A stretch of DNA of 32,000 bases from NCBI RefSeq assembly GCF_000009045.1, contig NC_000964.3, forward strand, positions 2,580,001 to 2,612,000, in the 5' to 3' direction. The notes beneath the pieces are model-generated. The model did no database searches. It saw nothing but the letters and a program-made list of their open reading frames with translations, and was not told the origin of the DNA. The stretch's first letter is position 1. Each line of letters opens with the position of its first letter. A program made the position numbers and the translations under genes. This document shows, piece by piece, positions 20,187-32,000 of the stretch. The DNA comes from Bacillus subtilis subsp. subtilis str. 168. GTDB taxonomy: Bacteria; Bacillota; Bacilli; Bacillales; Bacillaceae.

Positions 20187-20209
20187 GAACGGATCTTCAA
20201 GACCCGTTC
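20187..20209 (-). terminator. Intrinsic terminator of sigA
   Basis: GAACGG-gTCTT...AAGAt-CCGTTC hairpin (minus orientation) followed by CTTCTTTTTTT just after the sigA stop. Confidence 0.75.
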
Positions 20210-20213
20210 CATC

Positions 20214-21329
20214 TTATTCAAGGAAATCTTTCAAACGTTTACTTCTGCTAGGATGTCTTAGTTTCCGCAACGCTTTGGCTTCGATTTGTCGAATACGCTC
20301 TCTCGTTACTCCAAATACTTTGCCGACCTCTTCTAATGTTCTTGTACGGCCGTCATCAAGACCGAATCGAAGACGCAATACATTTTCTTCACGATCAGTT
20401 AACGTATCAAGCACATCTTCCAGCTGCTCTTTCAATAGCTCGTATGCGGCGTGGTCAGAAGGTGAAGTTGCTTCTTGGTCTTCAATGAAATCACCAAGGT
20501 GCGAGTCATCCTCTTCACCGATCGGTGTTTCCAGAGATACCGGCTCTTGAGCAATCTTTAAGATTTCGCGTACTTTTTCAGGCGTTAAATCCATATCTTC
20601 CGCAATTTCTTCAGGTGTTGGTTCTCTGCCTAAGTCTTGCAGTAATTGACGCTGCACACGGATTAATTTATTAATGGTTTCAACCATATGAACGGGAATC
20701 CGGATCGTTCTCGCCTGATCGGCAATGGCGCGTGTAATCGCCTGTCTGATCCACCACGTAGCATACGTACTGAATTTATAACCTTTGCGATAATCAAATT
20801 TTTCAACGGCTTTCATCAGGCCCATGTTTCCTTCCTGGATCAGATCAAGGAACAGCATACCGCGTCCGACATACCGTTTTGCGATACTGACAACAAGCCG
20901 CAGGTTCGCTTCAGCCAATCTGCGTTTAGATTCTTCGTCACCTTCTTCAATCTTTTGAGCGTAGGCGATTTCTTCTTTTGCAGAAAGAAGGTTAACCCGA
21001 CCGATTTCCTTTAAATACATACGAACTGGGTCATTGATTTTAACGCCAGGCGGTACACTTAGGTCATTAAGGTCAAATTCTTCTTCGGCTTTGGCAAGCT
21101 GCTGAATATTAGGATCTTCTGTTTCTTCATTCTCACTAATTAATTCAACACCTTGTTCACCTAAAAATTCATAATACTCATCCATTTGGTCTGATTCAAT
21201 TTCAAAGCTGGACATACGCTCAGCAATTTCTTCATATGTCAAAACGCCACGTTTTTTACCAGACTCTGTTAATTGCTCTTTTACTTGGTCGAATGTTAAT
21301 TCTGTCTCGTGGGTTTGTTTATCAGCCAT
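20214..21329 (-). CDS. sigA: RNA polymerase major sigma factor SigA (RpoD)
   Basis: 371 aa from ATG at 21329 ([28 protein letters not shown]). Region 2 [39 protein letters not shown] and region 4 [21 protein letters not shown]. The 40 extra N-terminal residues in the track ORF are unlikely. Confidence 0.98.
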
Positions 21330-21527
21330 TATGGATCCCTCCTTCCAAAGCTTGCAACGAATTCTATAAGCGGTATGATTCTTATTCGGTCCATTCAGGC
21401 GTTTTCTATGTGAACTGCCTTTAACAATGTGCGAATAATGAAATGACAATTCATGATGAGGTTAAGCGATCTATTTGCTCCTCCGCAAGGAATCATTGCC
21501 AATAAATGCTCCTCATCAGTTCTCCAG

Positions 21528-23339
21528 TTATTTTAAAGATCGGTTCAATGTAACGATTTCTTGAGCCAAAGAAGCAGCTCTTAAAAAATCTTTTTGCCTT
21601 TCTGCTTCGGCTCTTTCCGCCTCTTTTTCTTTTATCATTGACCAATTTCTTTGATTCAACACTTTTTTTACATAATCTGATAACTCGGCTTCGCTAAGCT
21701 CTTGATTAACCTGAAGCATTAATATATCGGACAAGAGCTGGCTTATATGATCATCCGTCACCCTGGCCATCAGATGCTGAGGCGTCAGCTCGGCTCCCTC
21801 TTCATAAAAAGCATAAAGATAAGCGGCTAATGCCCGGTGCTCATCAATATTAAATTGAAACCCTACCCGGTCAATCACTTTTTTGATGACGCTCCGATCT
21901 CGAAGCATGTGAGCGAGTAACAGCCTTTCTGCATTTTCATACGCCGGACGCAAACGTTTTTGCCTTGCTTTTGTCGTCAGATGCGCTCGCCGCGTTTTAG
22001 TTTCACCGCTATTGTCAGCAGGTTTGTTTTGCTTGCTGAAAACAGACAGCTGCTCAGTTAAAGACTCCTGTGAAAGCGAAAACTCTGAAGCAAGCTGCTT
22101 TACATAGACTTCCTGCTCTAGAGACCCTGAAAGCGTGCTGATTTCTTTCAGTACGTCTTTAATGTAAGCTAGGCGGTCGCCTTCATCGGACAGGTTCTTT
22201 CCTTTTCGGAAATATTGCATTTTGAACGCCATTACGGTGACACTTGCGTCAATAATGTCGTTTTTAAATTTTTCCCCGCCGAATTTTTTGATGTAATCAT
22301 CAGGGTCCAATCCGTCAGGAATCATTGCAACTCTGACTTTGCAGCCTTTTTTTTGCAGAAGCTCCGAAGCTTTTAAGGTGGCTTCATAACCGGCTTTATC
22401 AGAGTCATAGCAAAGAATGATTTCTTCGACGTTTCTTCTCAGGATCTTGACATGATCATCTGTAAGAGACGTTCCCATCGTGGCTATGCTTTCCTTTACA
22501 TCCGAGCTTACGGCCGATATGACATCAGCAAACCCTTCAAATAAGACTGCTCTTTCCTGCTTTCTGATATGAAGGCGGGCCTTATAAAAATTGTAAAGCA
22601 GTTTGCTTTTATGAAAGAGCGGGGTTTCAGGACTGTTCATATACTTAGGCTGCTGGCTGCCAAGAGCCCTGCCTGAGAAAGCAACAACAGCCCCGTGATG
22701 ATCATGGATCGGAAACATGACACGGTTTCTGAAGCGGTCGAAATATCCGCTTCCGTCTTCGCGTCTGATCAGGAGACCCGCTTTTTCCATTTGCGCCTCA
22801 CTAAATCCCCTCTTTACAAGGAATTTCGTGATAAAGTCCCAAGAATCAAGAGCATAGCCAATCTGAAATTCATTAATCAGCTCTTTCGTAAAGCCCCTAG
22901 AAAGCAGATAATCCAGTGCCTCTTGACCTTCTTTTGTATTTATTAACAAATGATGGTAAAATTTCTTCAGGAGCTCATGTGCCTCAGCCATTTTTTGTTC
23001 TCCAGAAGACTCTGGCCGGGCTCCGGAATGGACTGTTATATCATCTGGAAAATCAATTTGGTATTTGTCAGCAAGGTGAGAAACCGACTCGGCAAAAGAA
23101 TAGCCTTCCATCTGCCTTAAAAAAGAGAAAACATTGCCGCCCGCTCCGCAGCCAAAGCAATGAAAAATCTGTTTGTCGGGCGATACGGAAAACGAAGGTG
23201 TGCTTTCTCCATGAAAAGGACAGAGTCCAAAGTAGTTTCGGCCTTGCTTCTTTAATTGAACATAATCACCTATGACTTCAACGATATCTGCCGACTTTTG
23301 CACCTGATCCACAATTTCATCTGGTATCCGATTTCCCAT
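21528..23339 (-). CDS. dnaG: DNA primase
   Basis: 603 aa, zinc finger [35 protein letters not shown] and [15 protein letters not shown] / LCYDSDKAG. Confidence 0.97.
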
Positions 23340-23372
23340 CTTATAACACTCCGTCGTACATTATTCGATGCT

Positions 23373-23867
23373 TTAGTGCAAAATCCCTTCATCGTTCGAC
23401 AGGATTTTTTGCAGCAGTGTAATAAATCGTTCTCGATCTTCTTTATTCAATTTTTTAGGCCCTTTGGCATATACGCCTTTTCTTCTTTGTTTGCCGGAAA
23501 AATGACGGCCCTCTAGGGCAAAATCAATCGTGTCTTCCTTGTAAAGACGACCTCTTTCCGACATAACAGAGACATTTCTGTTCAACAGCAGAGATGCTAA
23601 TCCGATGTCCTGCGTCACAACAATATCTCCCGGTTTCACGTGATTTGCGATATATAAATCAGCAGCTTCTTTATGAGGATCAACATACTTCCATTTTTCT
23701 TCATTGCTTCTGGAAAGCTGATAATGTTCAAATGAAGCGACAAAAAGAACTTGAACTTCATACTCGGATGCTGTTTGTAAAATTTCATCTTTTACCGGAC
23801 AAGCATCAGCATCGACAAAAATCGTCTTTTCTTGTTCATTAAGAAGAGTAATTCTCCATCCCTCCAT
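23373..23867 (-). CDS. yqxD: UPF0178 (YaiI/YqxD) family protein
   Basis: [14 protein letters not shown] and [12 protein letters not shown] motifs. Start uncertain. ATG at 23867 has AGGAG just upstream, whereas the track start at 23972 adds unsupported residues. Confidence 0.85.
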
Positions 23868-24120
23868 TAAACTCCTGCATAAAAGCAAGCAAAATCGCAC
23901 ATCCTTTATTATTGTGGATGTATATGAATTTGTCGAAAAATTTCCGGGAGAAATTCTTGACATCTTACCCATAATAGTTTATTCGTATCACACGATCCTT
24001 AAACCTAAAATTAATCATTTTATCACAATTTTTTATTATAATACAAACTTCACAAAGATGCTATTGTTTTTCATTATTCCCTTTTGGCACAGCCAAAAAC
24101 CCAGGATAGAGCGTCCTGAG

Positions 24121-24933
24121 TTATATGTTTTTTGTTTTGAGATGATGGATAATATTTGCTGTTTCCTCAACCGCTTTATTTGAAACATCAACAACCTGGC
24201 AGCCGATCCGATCCACAATCTTTTCGAAATACTCGAGTTCCTCTTTGATTCTGTTGATATTTGCATAAATCGCTTTATCATTAAGCCCGAGTGATTTTAA
24301 ACGTTCTTTTCTGATATGATTCAGTTTATCAGGGCTAATCTTTAAACCGATGCATTTTTTCGGATCAACGTTAAAGAGTTCTTCCGGCGGATCAACCTCC
24401 GGTACAATCGGAACATTGGCAACCTTCAGGCGTTTGTGTGCGAGATATTGAGACAGCGGTGTTTTAGACGTTCTTGACACGCCGATCAAAACGATATCAG
24501 CTTTTAAAATCCCTCTTGGATCACGTCCATCATCGTATTTAACTGCAAACTCGATGGCCTCCACTTTTTTGAAATAATCTTCATCAAGCTGGCGCACCCG
24601 CCCCGGTTCGTATTTCGCTGTTAAACCGTAGGCTGTTTCCATTTTATCAATCAACGGGCCGATAATATCATAATATAAAACATTTGCTTTTTCCGCTTCG
24701 GCTATCAAATATTCTCTGATTTCCGGCACCACGAGTGTAAAACAGATAATGCCGCCGTCTGCCTTTGCAAGTGAAATCACTTCATTGATAGTGCCTATAT
24801 CTTCAACATAAGGAATTCTTCTTACATGAGTATCATCCGCCGATCCGTTAAATTGGCTGAGTGCTGCTTTTACTACCAATTCAGCCGTTTCACCGACGGA
24901 ATCCGATACAACATAGATGATGCGGTTATTCAT
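24121..24933 (-). CDS. yqfL: PPDK/PEPS regulatory-type kinase/phosphorylase family protein YqfL (DUF299)
   Basis: 270 aa, [28 protein letters not shown] and [23 protein letters not shown]-loop-like motif. Confidence 0.93.
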   Translation of the reverse strand: MNNRIIYVVSDSVGETAELVVKAALSQFNGSADDTHVRRIPYVEDIGTINEVISLAKADGGIICFTLVVPEIREYLIAEAEKANVLYYDIIGPLIDKMETAYGLTAKYEPGRVRQLDEDYFKKVEAIEFAVKYDDGRDPRGILKADIVLIGVSRTSKTPLSQYLAHKRLKVANVPIVPEVDPPEELFNVDPKKCIGLKISPDKLNHIRKERLKSLGLNDKAIYANINRIKEELEYFEKIVDRIGCQVVDVSNKAVEETANIIHHLKTKNI

Positions 24934-24958
24934 ATTATCCCCCCGTTAGTTTGCAATC

Positions 24959-25600
24959 TTATAGGATTTCATTTTCAGATAAACTGACAAGTATTTTGGT
25001 CATATTTGTTTTTGTCACTCTGCCGATCACTTCAAAGCCTTTATCGGTGTCTTTGATGACAGGCAGTGCATCAATTTGTTTTTCTATTAAGTGCTTTGCA
25101 ATGTCCATCACATAATCCTCGCGTCTGCACACCGTAATGTTCGGCATCCTTGTCATGATGATGTGAACAGGGACCGATGTAAGCTCCTGCTGGCCAATGC
25201 TCGCTCTGAGCAAGTCTTTTCGTGAAAGCACCCCGACTAAAACAGCATCGCGGTCCACCACAAACAGAGTACCTACATCTTCTAAAAACATGGTGCAAAT
25301 CGCATCGTACACAGAAACGTTTTCGTGAATCACTACGGGGATAGATTGAAAGTCTTTCACCTGAAGCTTTTTGAGTTTATCCGCCAAAAGCTGTGTGCCG
25401 GTTTTTCCCGTATAGAAATAACCGACTCTCGGGCGCGCCTCGAGGAATCCTGACATGGTGAGTATGGCTAAATCCGGGCGCAATGTCGCCCTGGTTAGGT
25501 TCAGCTTTTCTGCAATATGCTCCCCTGTAATCGGCCCGTTTTCTTTTACAATCTGCAAAATATGTTCTTGCCGTTTATTTAGTTCGATCGTACTCACCAC
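24959..25600 (-). CDS. ccpN: Transcriptional repressor CcpN
   Basis: About 213 aa, N-terminal HTH (RQEHILQIVKENGPITGEHIAEKLNLTRATLRPDLAILTMSG) and tandem CBS domains. Two adjacent GTG codons make the exact start uncertain by 1 aa. Confidence 0.95.
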   Translation of the reverse strand: MVSTIELNKRQEHILQIVKENGPITGEHIAEKLNLTRATLRPDLAILTMSGFLEARPRVGYFYTGKTGTQLLADKLKKLQVKDFQSIPVVIHENVSVYDAICTMFLEDVGTLFVVDRDAVLVGVLSRKDLLRASIGQQELTSVPVHIIMTRMPNITVCRREDYVMDIAKHLIEKQIDALPVIKDTDKGFEVIGRVTKTNMTKILVSLSENEIL

Positions 25601-25729
25601 CTTTTCACTTCATAGCTATGTAAAGAAATAACAATCCATATTATAACGTAAATATCTTGTAATCAAACAAAAAACTTATAAATGGGGAAAAGACGATTAC
25701 CGATCACACAGCAACCGCCTTTTCTCTCT

Positions 25730-27769
25730 TTATTTTACAATAAGGGCATTCATATTCGCAAAGGACTTGATCTCATCCGCCAAGCTTACCATTTGCGCTA
25801 AACGATTTGCCTTTAATGACTCATTATCCGCTATAACCATTGTATGATCGAAGTAAGCATCGATCGGTTCTTTTAAGGCTGCAAGTGAAGCAAGCGCCGC
25901 CTCATAATCTTTTTTGCTGAAGTTTTCCTGCAGATTTTGCTTCGCTGTTTGGTAGGCATCAAACAGTTTTGCTTCGTATTCATTTTCAAACAGATCAGGC
26001 TGAATGTCTCCGCGGACTCCTTTTTTGCTGATAGAGATCACTCGGCCTAACGCTTCGGCTGTTTCCTTAAAGCCAGGTGCACCAAGCTTTTGCTCCAGTA
26101 CTTGTGCTTTATGCAGCGCAGAGTACGGCTCAAGCTCAGAGCTTTCCAGCACGGCGTCAATGACATCATGTCTGATTTGTTCAGCATTCAAGACATATTT
26201 CAAGCGCTGAGTGAAGAAATCCAGCAGTTCATTTTCTTTATCGGTTTGAACGAAAGTAAGCAGCTCTTCAAATGAAATTCCCCAGTTGCGGTCAAGAAGA
26301 ATCGCAACAATACCGCTTGCTTGGCGGCGCAGTCCGTAAGGGTCCTGGGAACCGGTCGGAATTACGCCGATAGAGAAGAATGAAGCGATTGTGTCAAGCT
26401 TATCCGCCATTGCTACAACAGCTCCGGTGAAAGTAGAAGGCGTTTCTCCGCCCGCTGATCTAGGCATATAATGTTCATTAACTGCCGCAGCCACAGCTTC
26501 ATCTTCGCCAAGCATTCTCGCATACTTTTCGCCCATAATTCCTTGAAGTTCAGGGAATTCATATATCATATGCGTCACAAGGTCGAATTTAGAAATTTCA
26601 GCAGCCCGCTTCACATGTTTTAATGTATCTTCATCAGCCTGAAGACGAACGGCAAGTTTCTCTGCGATTGATGTGACTCTCCTAACCTTATCAGCAAGAG
26701 AACCAAGCTCTTCATGGAAAACGATATTTTCAAGCTTCTTCACATTTGCATCAATGTTTAGTTTCTGATCTTCTTTGTAGAAGAATGAAGCATCAGATAA
26801 ACGTGCGCGCAGCACTTTTTCATTGCCTCGGGCCACATTTTCAATCGCGTGGCTGTTGCCGTTTCGGACTGTGATAAAGTGAGGCAGCAGGTCACCGTTT
26901 TTGTCTTTGACAGGGAAGTAGCGCTGATGCTCTTTCATTGTCGTGACAAGCACTTCTTCAGGAATTGACAGAAACTCGGATTCAAATGAACCGTAAAGAG
27001 CTGTCGGGTATTCTACTAAATGATTCACTTCATCAAGAAGGTCTTCGTCAACTGGAATGCTCCAATTGTTTTCAGCAGCCATTGTTTCCAGCTGAGATTG
27101 AATCATTTGCTTTCGGACGCTAGGATCAGCAATAACATGCTGTCCTTTGAGCTGCTCTTCATAAGCTGAAGGTGATTCAATTGACACTTCATGTCCGAGG
27201 AAACGGTGTCCCTGTGTTGTCCGTCCAGACTCAACGTTTGTGATCGAAAATGGAATGACATCCTGTCCAAATAATGCGACAATCCATTTGATCGGTCGGA
27301 TATAACGCAAATCTTCATTTCCCCAGCGCATGTTTTTCGGGAAATGCAAGCTTGTAATTAAACCGCTCAATTCTGGCAGAAGCGACTTCGTTTCTTGGCC
27401 GGCTTGGAATTTTTGCACGAATACATACTCTATGCCTTTTACTTCTTTGATGTACAGGTCTTCCACATTTGCGCCTTGGCCTTTTGAAAAGCCGATTGCC
27501 GCTTTTGTCCAGTTCCCGTCCGCATCAAGGGCAATTTTTTTCGCAGGCCCTTTTGCTTCTTCTTTTATATCATCCTGCTTTTCTGCGACATCCTTAACGA
27601 ACACAGCAAGACGTCTCGGTGTATTGAAGAGTTTCACTTCACCGTGAGTAATATTTTTTTCTTTAAGCCAGCCTGTCAGCTTGTCGCCAAGCTGAACCAT
27701 GCTTTCATTCAAAAAGCGCGCCGGCATTTCCTCTAATCCGATCTCTAAAAGTAAATCCTGTTTACTCAT
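25730..27769 (-). CDS. glyS: Glycyl-tRNA synthetase beta subunit
   Basis: 679 aa, [39 protein letters not shown] and [14 protein letters not shown]-type region. Confidence 0.97.
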   Translation of the reverse strand: MSKQDLLLEIGLEEMPARFLNESMVQLGDKLTGWLKEKNITHGEVKLFNTPRRLAVFVKDVAEKQDDIKEEAKGPAKKIALDADGNWTKAAIGFSKGQGANVEDLYIKEVKGIEYVFVQKFQAGQETKSLLPELSGLITSLHFPKNMRWGNEDLRYIRPIKWIVALFGQDVIPFSITNVESGRTTQGHRFLGHEVSIESPSAYEEQLKGQHVIADPSVRKQMIQSQLETMAAENNWSIPVDEDLLDEVNHLVEYPTALYGSFESEFLSIPEEVLVTTMKEHQRYFPVKDKNGDLLPHFITVRNGNSHAIENVARGNEKVLRARLSDASFFYKEDQKLNIDANVKKLENIVFHEELGSLADKVRRVTSIAEKLAVRLQADEDTLKHVKRAAEISKFDLVTHMIYEFPELQGIMGEKYARMLGEDEAVAAAVNEHYMPRSAGGETPSTFTGAVVAMADKLDTIASFFSIGVIPTGSQDPYGLRRQASGIVAILLDRNWGISFEELLTFVQTDKENELLDFFTQRLKYVLNAEQIRHDVIDAVLESSELEPYSALHKAQVLEQKLGAPGFKETAEALGRVISISKKGVRGDIQPDLFENEYEAKLFDAYQTAKQNLQENFSKKDYEAALASLAALKEPIDAYFDHTMVIADNESLKANRLAQMVSLADEIKSFANMNALIVK

Positions 27770-28649
27770 GAGAAGAACCCTCCCCTTTAAGCATTGGGAA
27801 CCCTAGTTTTTCTCGTTCCTCATAGTAGGTTTTTGCTACTTTTCTAGCTAAATTCCGCACTCTTGCGATATAGCCCGTCCGCTCGGTAACAGAGATCGCA
27901 CCTTTGGCATCAAGCAGGTTGAAAGTGTGCGAGCATTTCAGCACATAGTCATATGCTGGATGAACAAGTCCGTTGTCCATTTGCTTGATCGCTTCTTTTT
28001 CATATGTGCTGAACAATTGGAACAGCATATCGACGTCTGATGTTTCAAACGTATAAACAGAATGCTCATATTCAGCCATCATGAATAAATCTTTTACTGT
28101 AAACCCTGACGTCCATTCCAAGTCAAACACGTTTTCTTTATCCTGGATATAAGACGCGAGACGCTCAATTCCATACGTAATCTCTACAGAAACGGGTTTA
28201 CACTCTAATCCCCCGACCTGCTGGAAATACGTAAATTGTGTTATTTCCATTCCGTCAAGCCAAACTTCCCAGCCTAGACCCGCGCAGCCTAAAGACGGAT
28301 TCTCCCAGTTGTCTTCAACAAAGCGAATATCGTGCTCAAGCGGATCAATTCCAAGAGCACGCAAGGAATCCAAATACAGCTCTTGAATGTTATCAGGTGA
28401 CGGTTTAATAATGACCTGGAACTGATGATGCTGATACAGTCTGTTCGGGTTCTCCCCGTAGCGGCCGTCTGCCGGACGTCTGGAAGGCTCTACATAAGCC
28501 ACTTTCCACGGCTCAGGACCGATACTGCGCAAAAATGTATACGGGCTCATCGTGCCGGCTCCTTTTTCTACATCGTAAGCCTGCATAAGCACACAGCCCT
28601 GACTGGACCAATGCTTTTGCAAGGTTAGAATCATGTCTTGAATATTCAT
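27762..28649 (-). CDS. glyQ: Glycyl-tRNA synthetase alpha subunit
   Basis: 295 aa from ATG at 28649 ([48 protein letters not shown]). Overlaps glyS by 8 nt. Confidence 0.97.
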   Translation of the reverse strand: MNIQDMILTLQKHWSSQGCVLMQAYDVEKGAGTMSPYTFLRSIGPEPWKVAYVEPSRRPADGRYGENPNRLYQHHQFQVIIKPSPDNIQELYLDSLRALGIDPLEHDIRFVEDNWENPSLGCAGLGWEVWLDGMEITQFTYFQQVGGLECKPVSVEITYGIERLASYIQDKENVFDLEWTSGFTVKDLFMMAEYEHSVYTFETSDVDMLFQLFSTYEKEAIKQMDNGLVHPAYDYVLKCSHTFNLLDAKGAISVTERTGYIARVRNLARKVAKTYYEEREKLGFPMLKGEGSSHE

Positions 28650-28696
28650 TTCAAGCACCTCCACTTTTCTTTCATAAGTTGACTGCGGCAGCAACC

Positions 28697-28905
28697 AAAA
28701 AACTCCCGTCTCTATGCTTGCCAGCCGCAAACATAGGGACGAGAGTTCTCCCGCGGTTCCACCCTAGTTGCTGAGAACAAAATCCCAGCCTCTTTTTTAA
28801 AATTGCTCAAGAATGCCTTTCGTTGCGTGCTCATCCTTAGCTTACACCGCCCTAAGGTCGCTTTCATGAGGTAAACGCAAGTACTTCTTTCTCTCACTGC
28901 AACAT
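28697..28905 (-). promoter_or_regulatory. glyQS T-box riboswitch leader
   Basis: Minus strand contains the T-box sequence AACTAGGGTGGAACCGCGG (28751-28769), an upstream Stem I region with AGAAAGAAGTAC...GCGACC...GGGCGG (candidate GGC Gly specifier), and a downstream terminator AACTCtCGTCcCTATG...CATAGaGACGgGAGTTTTTT. Confidence 0.95.
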
Positions 28906-28920
28906 ATTTTATAATAAATG

Positions 28921-28949
28921 ATCATATAAAAAGATGGACCAAATGTCAA
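28921..28949 (-). promoter_or_regulatory. Sigma-A promoter of glyQS leader
   Basis: Minus strand TTGACA - 17 bp - TATGAT directly upstream of the T-box leader. Confidence 0.85.
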
Positions 28950-29713
28950 CTTTTGTTTTCACCCATAAGATGTTTCATGCTTTCCATTTGATCTAAAAAG
29001 CGCTTTGATTTTAAATACAATCCCGAATATTCTTCGTAATATAAATCAATCACTTGCTTTAATTCAGCTTTTGTTTCCTCTTTTAAGGACACATTGCCGA
29101 GTCTCGACAGATCAAAATAGTAAAAGAGCCTTAACAGCCTTGCCGTTTGCGGTTTAATCGGTATCCTGTAAGGATCTTTTTCAAAACAGCGGTGGCATAT
29201 AAAACCATTATCACGAACAGAGAAATGAAAGGTTCCGTCTTGGCTTTTACAATGTACACAATGATTCAGCTCAGGATACAGGCCCATGACACCGAGCATC
29301 TTCATTTGAACAATGAAGGTGATAACATCCGGATCTGTTCCTTCATTCAACTGTTTTAATGATTCTAATATGAATTCAAATAAATAAGGATTTGGCTTTT
29401 TTTCTTCTGTGCCTCTGTCGACTAACTCAGCAACATAGGCAGCATATGCTGTTAAAAACAAGTCTTCCCTGATGCCTCTCATGCTGAGGATCATTTCCCC
29501 CTGCTGAAGCGTTCCGAGGCCCGATGTTTTTTGCATTAAGAAAGAACCATACAAAAAGGGCTGGCTGACTGCTGATAAACGGCTGTTCGGTTTTTTGGCG
29601 CCTCGTGCCATAACACCTATTTTTCCGTGTTCTCTTGTCAGTAATGTTACGATTTTATTCGTCTCTCCGTAATCATTTGTGCGAAGAACGATCCCTTCAC
29701 ATTTTGTCAGCAT
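28946..29713 (-). CDS. recO: DNA repair protein RecO
   Basis: 255 aa, [46 protein letters not shown] and Zn-binding [25 protein letters not shown]. Confidence 0.96.
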   Translation of the reverse strand: MLTKCEGIVLRTNDYGETNKIVTLLTREHGKIGVMARGAKKPNSRLSAVSQPFLYGSFLMQKTSGLGTLQQGEMILSMRGIREDLFLTAYAAYVAELVDRGTEEKKPNPYLFEFILESLKQLNEGTDPDVITFIVQMKMLGVMGLYPELNHCVHCKSQDGTFHFSVRDNGFICHRCFEKDPYRIPIKPQTARLLRLFYYFDLSRLGNVSLKEETKAELKQVIDLYYEEYSGLYLKSKRFLDQMESMKHLMGENKS

Positions 29714-29749
29714 TTCCGCACCTTCCTCAAGCAGGAGCGGCCAAGAGGT

Positions 29750-29893
29750 TTATAAAATTGGATAATCAAATCGGGCTAGCTCATCTTCTAGTTCTTCGGG
29801 TCTTTCCATGTTCTCTTTTTCCAGTTCTTTAAAAAGAAGATACGTATCAACATTTCCTGTTTGAGAAAATACGTTCCAGGTAAAATTCAACAC
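29750..29893 (-). CDS. yqzL: Small YqzL-like protein
   Basis: 47 codons + stop: (M)LNFTWNVFSQTGNVDTYLLFKELEKENMERPEELEDELARFDYPIL. GTG at 29893 with AAAGGTGG about 7 nt upstream. Conserved position between recO and era, not in the provided ORF track. Confidence 0.9.
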   Translation of the reverse strand: MLNFTWNVFSQTGNVDTYLLFKELEKENMERPEELEDELARFDYPIL

Positions 29894-30040
29894 AAGAAAC
29901 CCACCTTTCTGTAGTTAAACTAGCTTACCTAAACTCCAAATTCTTACCTTTATCTTGACCAGATGTCCTCCATTTCATGTTAAACAAAATTTGCTAATGT
30001 ATCCCTGTTCCTGTGAGATAATGACACACACGGGAAGAGA

Positions 30041-31352
<1,312 letters not shown>

Positions 31353-31455
31353 TTACCTATAATGGTACCGCTATCACTTTATATTTTACATAATCGCGCG
31401 CTTTTTTTCACGCCCATTTCTAAAAATGTAAAATAAATGTAAGAATTTTCAGCCA

Positions 31456-31827
31456 TTACAGCTTTGGCAAAAAAATAAGTAAACCAATGATACACGAAAT
31501 CACGGCAAAAACGCAAACAGCCCCGGCGGCAGCGTCCTTGGCCGCTTTAGCAAGAGGGTGATGTTTGTCAGTTATTAAATCAACCGTATGTTCAATGGCT
31601 GTATTTAAAAGTTCAAGCGAAAACATACCACCTATCAAAAGGAATATAATCATCCACTCAATAATGCTGAGCTCTACAAGGAAGCCGCAAATGAGAACAG
31701 CGCAGGCGGCTGCGGCATGAAATTGGAAATTCCGCTCCGTCCGCGCTGTTTCCCATATGCCCCGGCCTGCATGCACGAAGCTTTTGAAGAATCGATTCAG
31801 CTCATTTCTATGATCTTTTGAGTCCAT
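31456..31827 (-). CDS. dgkA: Undecaprenol kinase / diacylglycerol kinase-like membrane protein
   Basis: 123 aa, [25 protein letters not shown] and [14 protein letters not shown]...[17 protein letters not shown]. Confidence 0.95.
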   Translation of the reverse strand: MDSKDHRNELNRFFKSFVHAGRGIWETARTERNFQFHAAAACAVLICGFLVELSIIEWMIIFLLIGGMFSLELLNTAIEHTVDLITDKHHPLAKAAKDAAAGAVCVFAVISCIIGLLIFLPKL

Positions 31828-32000
31828 AAGCGTCCAGCAATTCCTTTTGCTTAGTAAACATCTCCTCTTCTTCCTCTTTCGTCATATGGTCATATCCTAA
31901 AAGGTGCAGAAATCCGTGTACAGCTAGAAATCCGAGCTCTCTTTTAAAAGAATGATTATACTCCTCTGCCTGCTCTCTTGTGCGATCGGCACTGATGATA
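31808..32000 (-). CDS. ybeY: Endoribonuclease YbeY, C-terminal part (runs off window end)
   Basis: The minus frame reads ...[57 protein letters not shown] with the metal motif [11 protein letters not shown]. Stop at 31808-31810, overlapping the dgkA start by about 20 nt. Confidence 0.95.
   Translation of the reverse strand, partial: IISADRTREQAEEYNHSFKRELGFLAVHGFLHLLGYDHMTKEEEEEMFTKQKELLDAYGLKRS

Noticed and set aside
21236-21424. 62-aa plus-strand ORF antisense to the 5' end of sigA and the sigA-dnaG gap
   Set aside because: This is the area in which an 'antE' antisense ORF has been described in B. subtilis, but I cannot confirm identity or find a good RBS. The sequence has no recognisable domain, so I do not call it as a gene.
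22695-23275. Plus-strand ORFs (83 and 119 aa) antisense to dnaG
   Set aside because: Shadow ORFs opposite the primase zinc-finger region, with no RBS or domain support.
28712-28897. 61-aa minus ORF within the glyQS leader
   Set aside because: It lies inside the T-box structural RNA and spans the T-box and terminator stem, so it is not protein-coding.

Overview
The window is a chromosomal core segment from the Bacillus subtilis group. Gene content, order and protein lengths match the B. subtilis pst-yqg-yqf region. In window order: pstC (partial), pstS, pbpA, yqgE, sodA, yqgC, yqgB, yqgA, yqfZ, ispG, yqfX, yqfW, zur, yqfU, yqfT, nfo, cshB, yqfQ, ispH, yqfO, trmK, cccA, sigA, dnaG, yqxD, yqfL, ccpN, glyS, glyQ, recO, yqzL, era, cdd, dgkA, ybeY (partial). 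Non-coding elements I could read directly are a T-box leader upstream of glyQS, a four-box PhoP-type operator upstream of pstS, several sigma-A-type promoters and multiple intrinsic terminators. I found no CRISPR array, transposase, phage gene, tRNA or rRNA. I do not see a convincing previously undescribed multi-gene system. The items most worth a second look are a promoter/terminator-hairpin arrangement ahead of ispH, the AT-rich yqgB-yqgA gap with an internal inverted repeat, the lineage-variable-looking secreted protein yqgA, and the small genes or edge genes missing from the ORF track.
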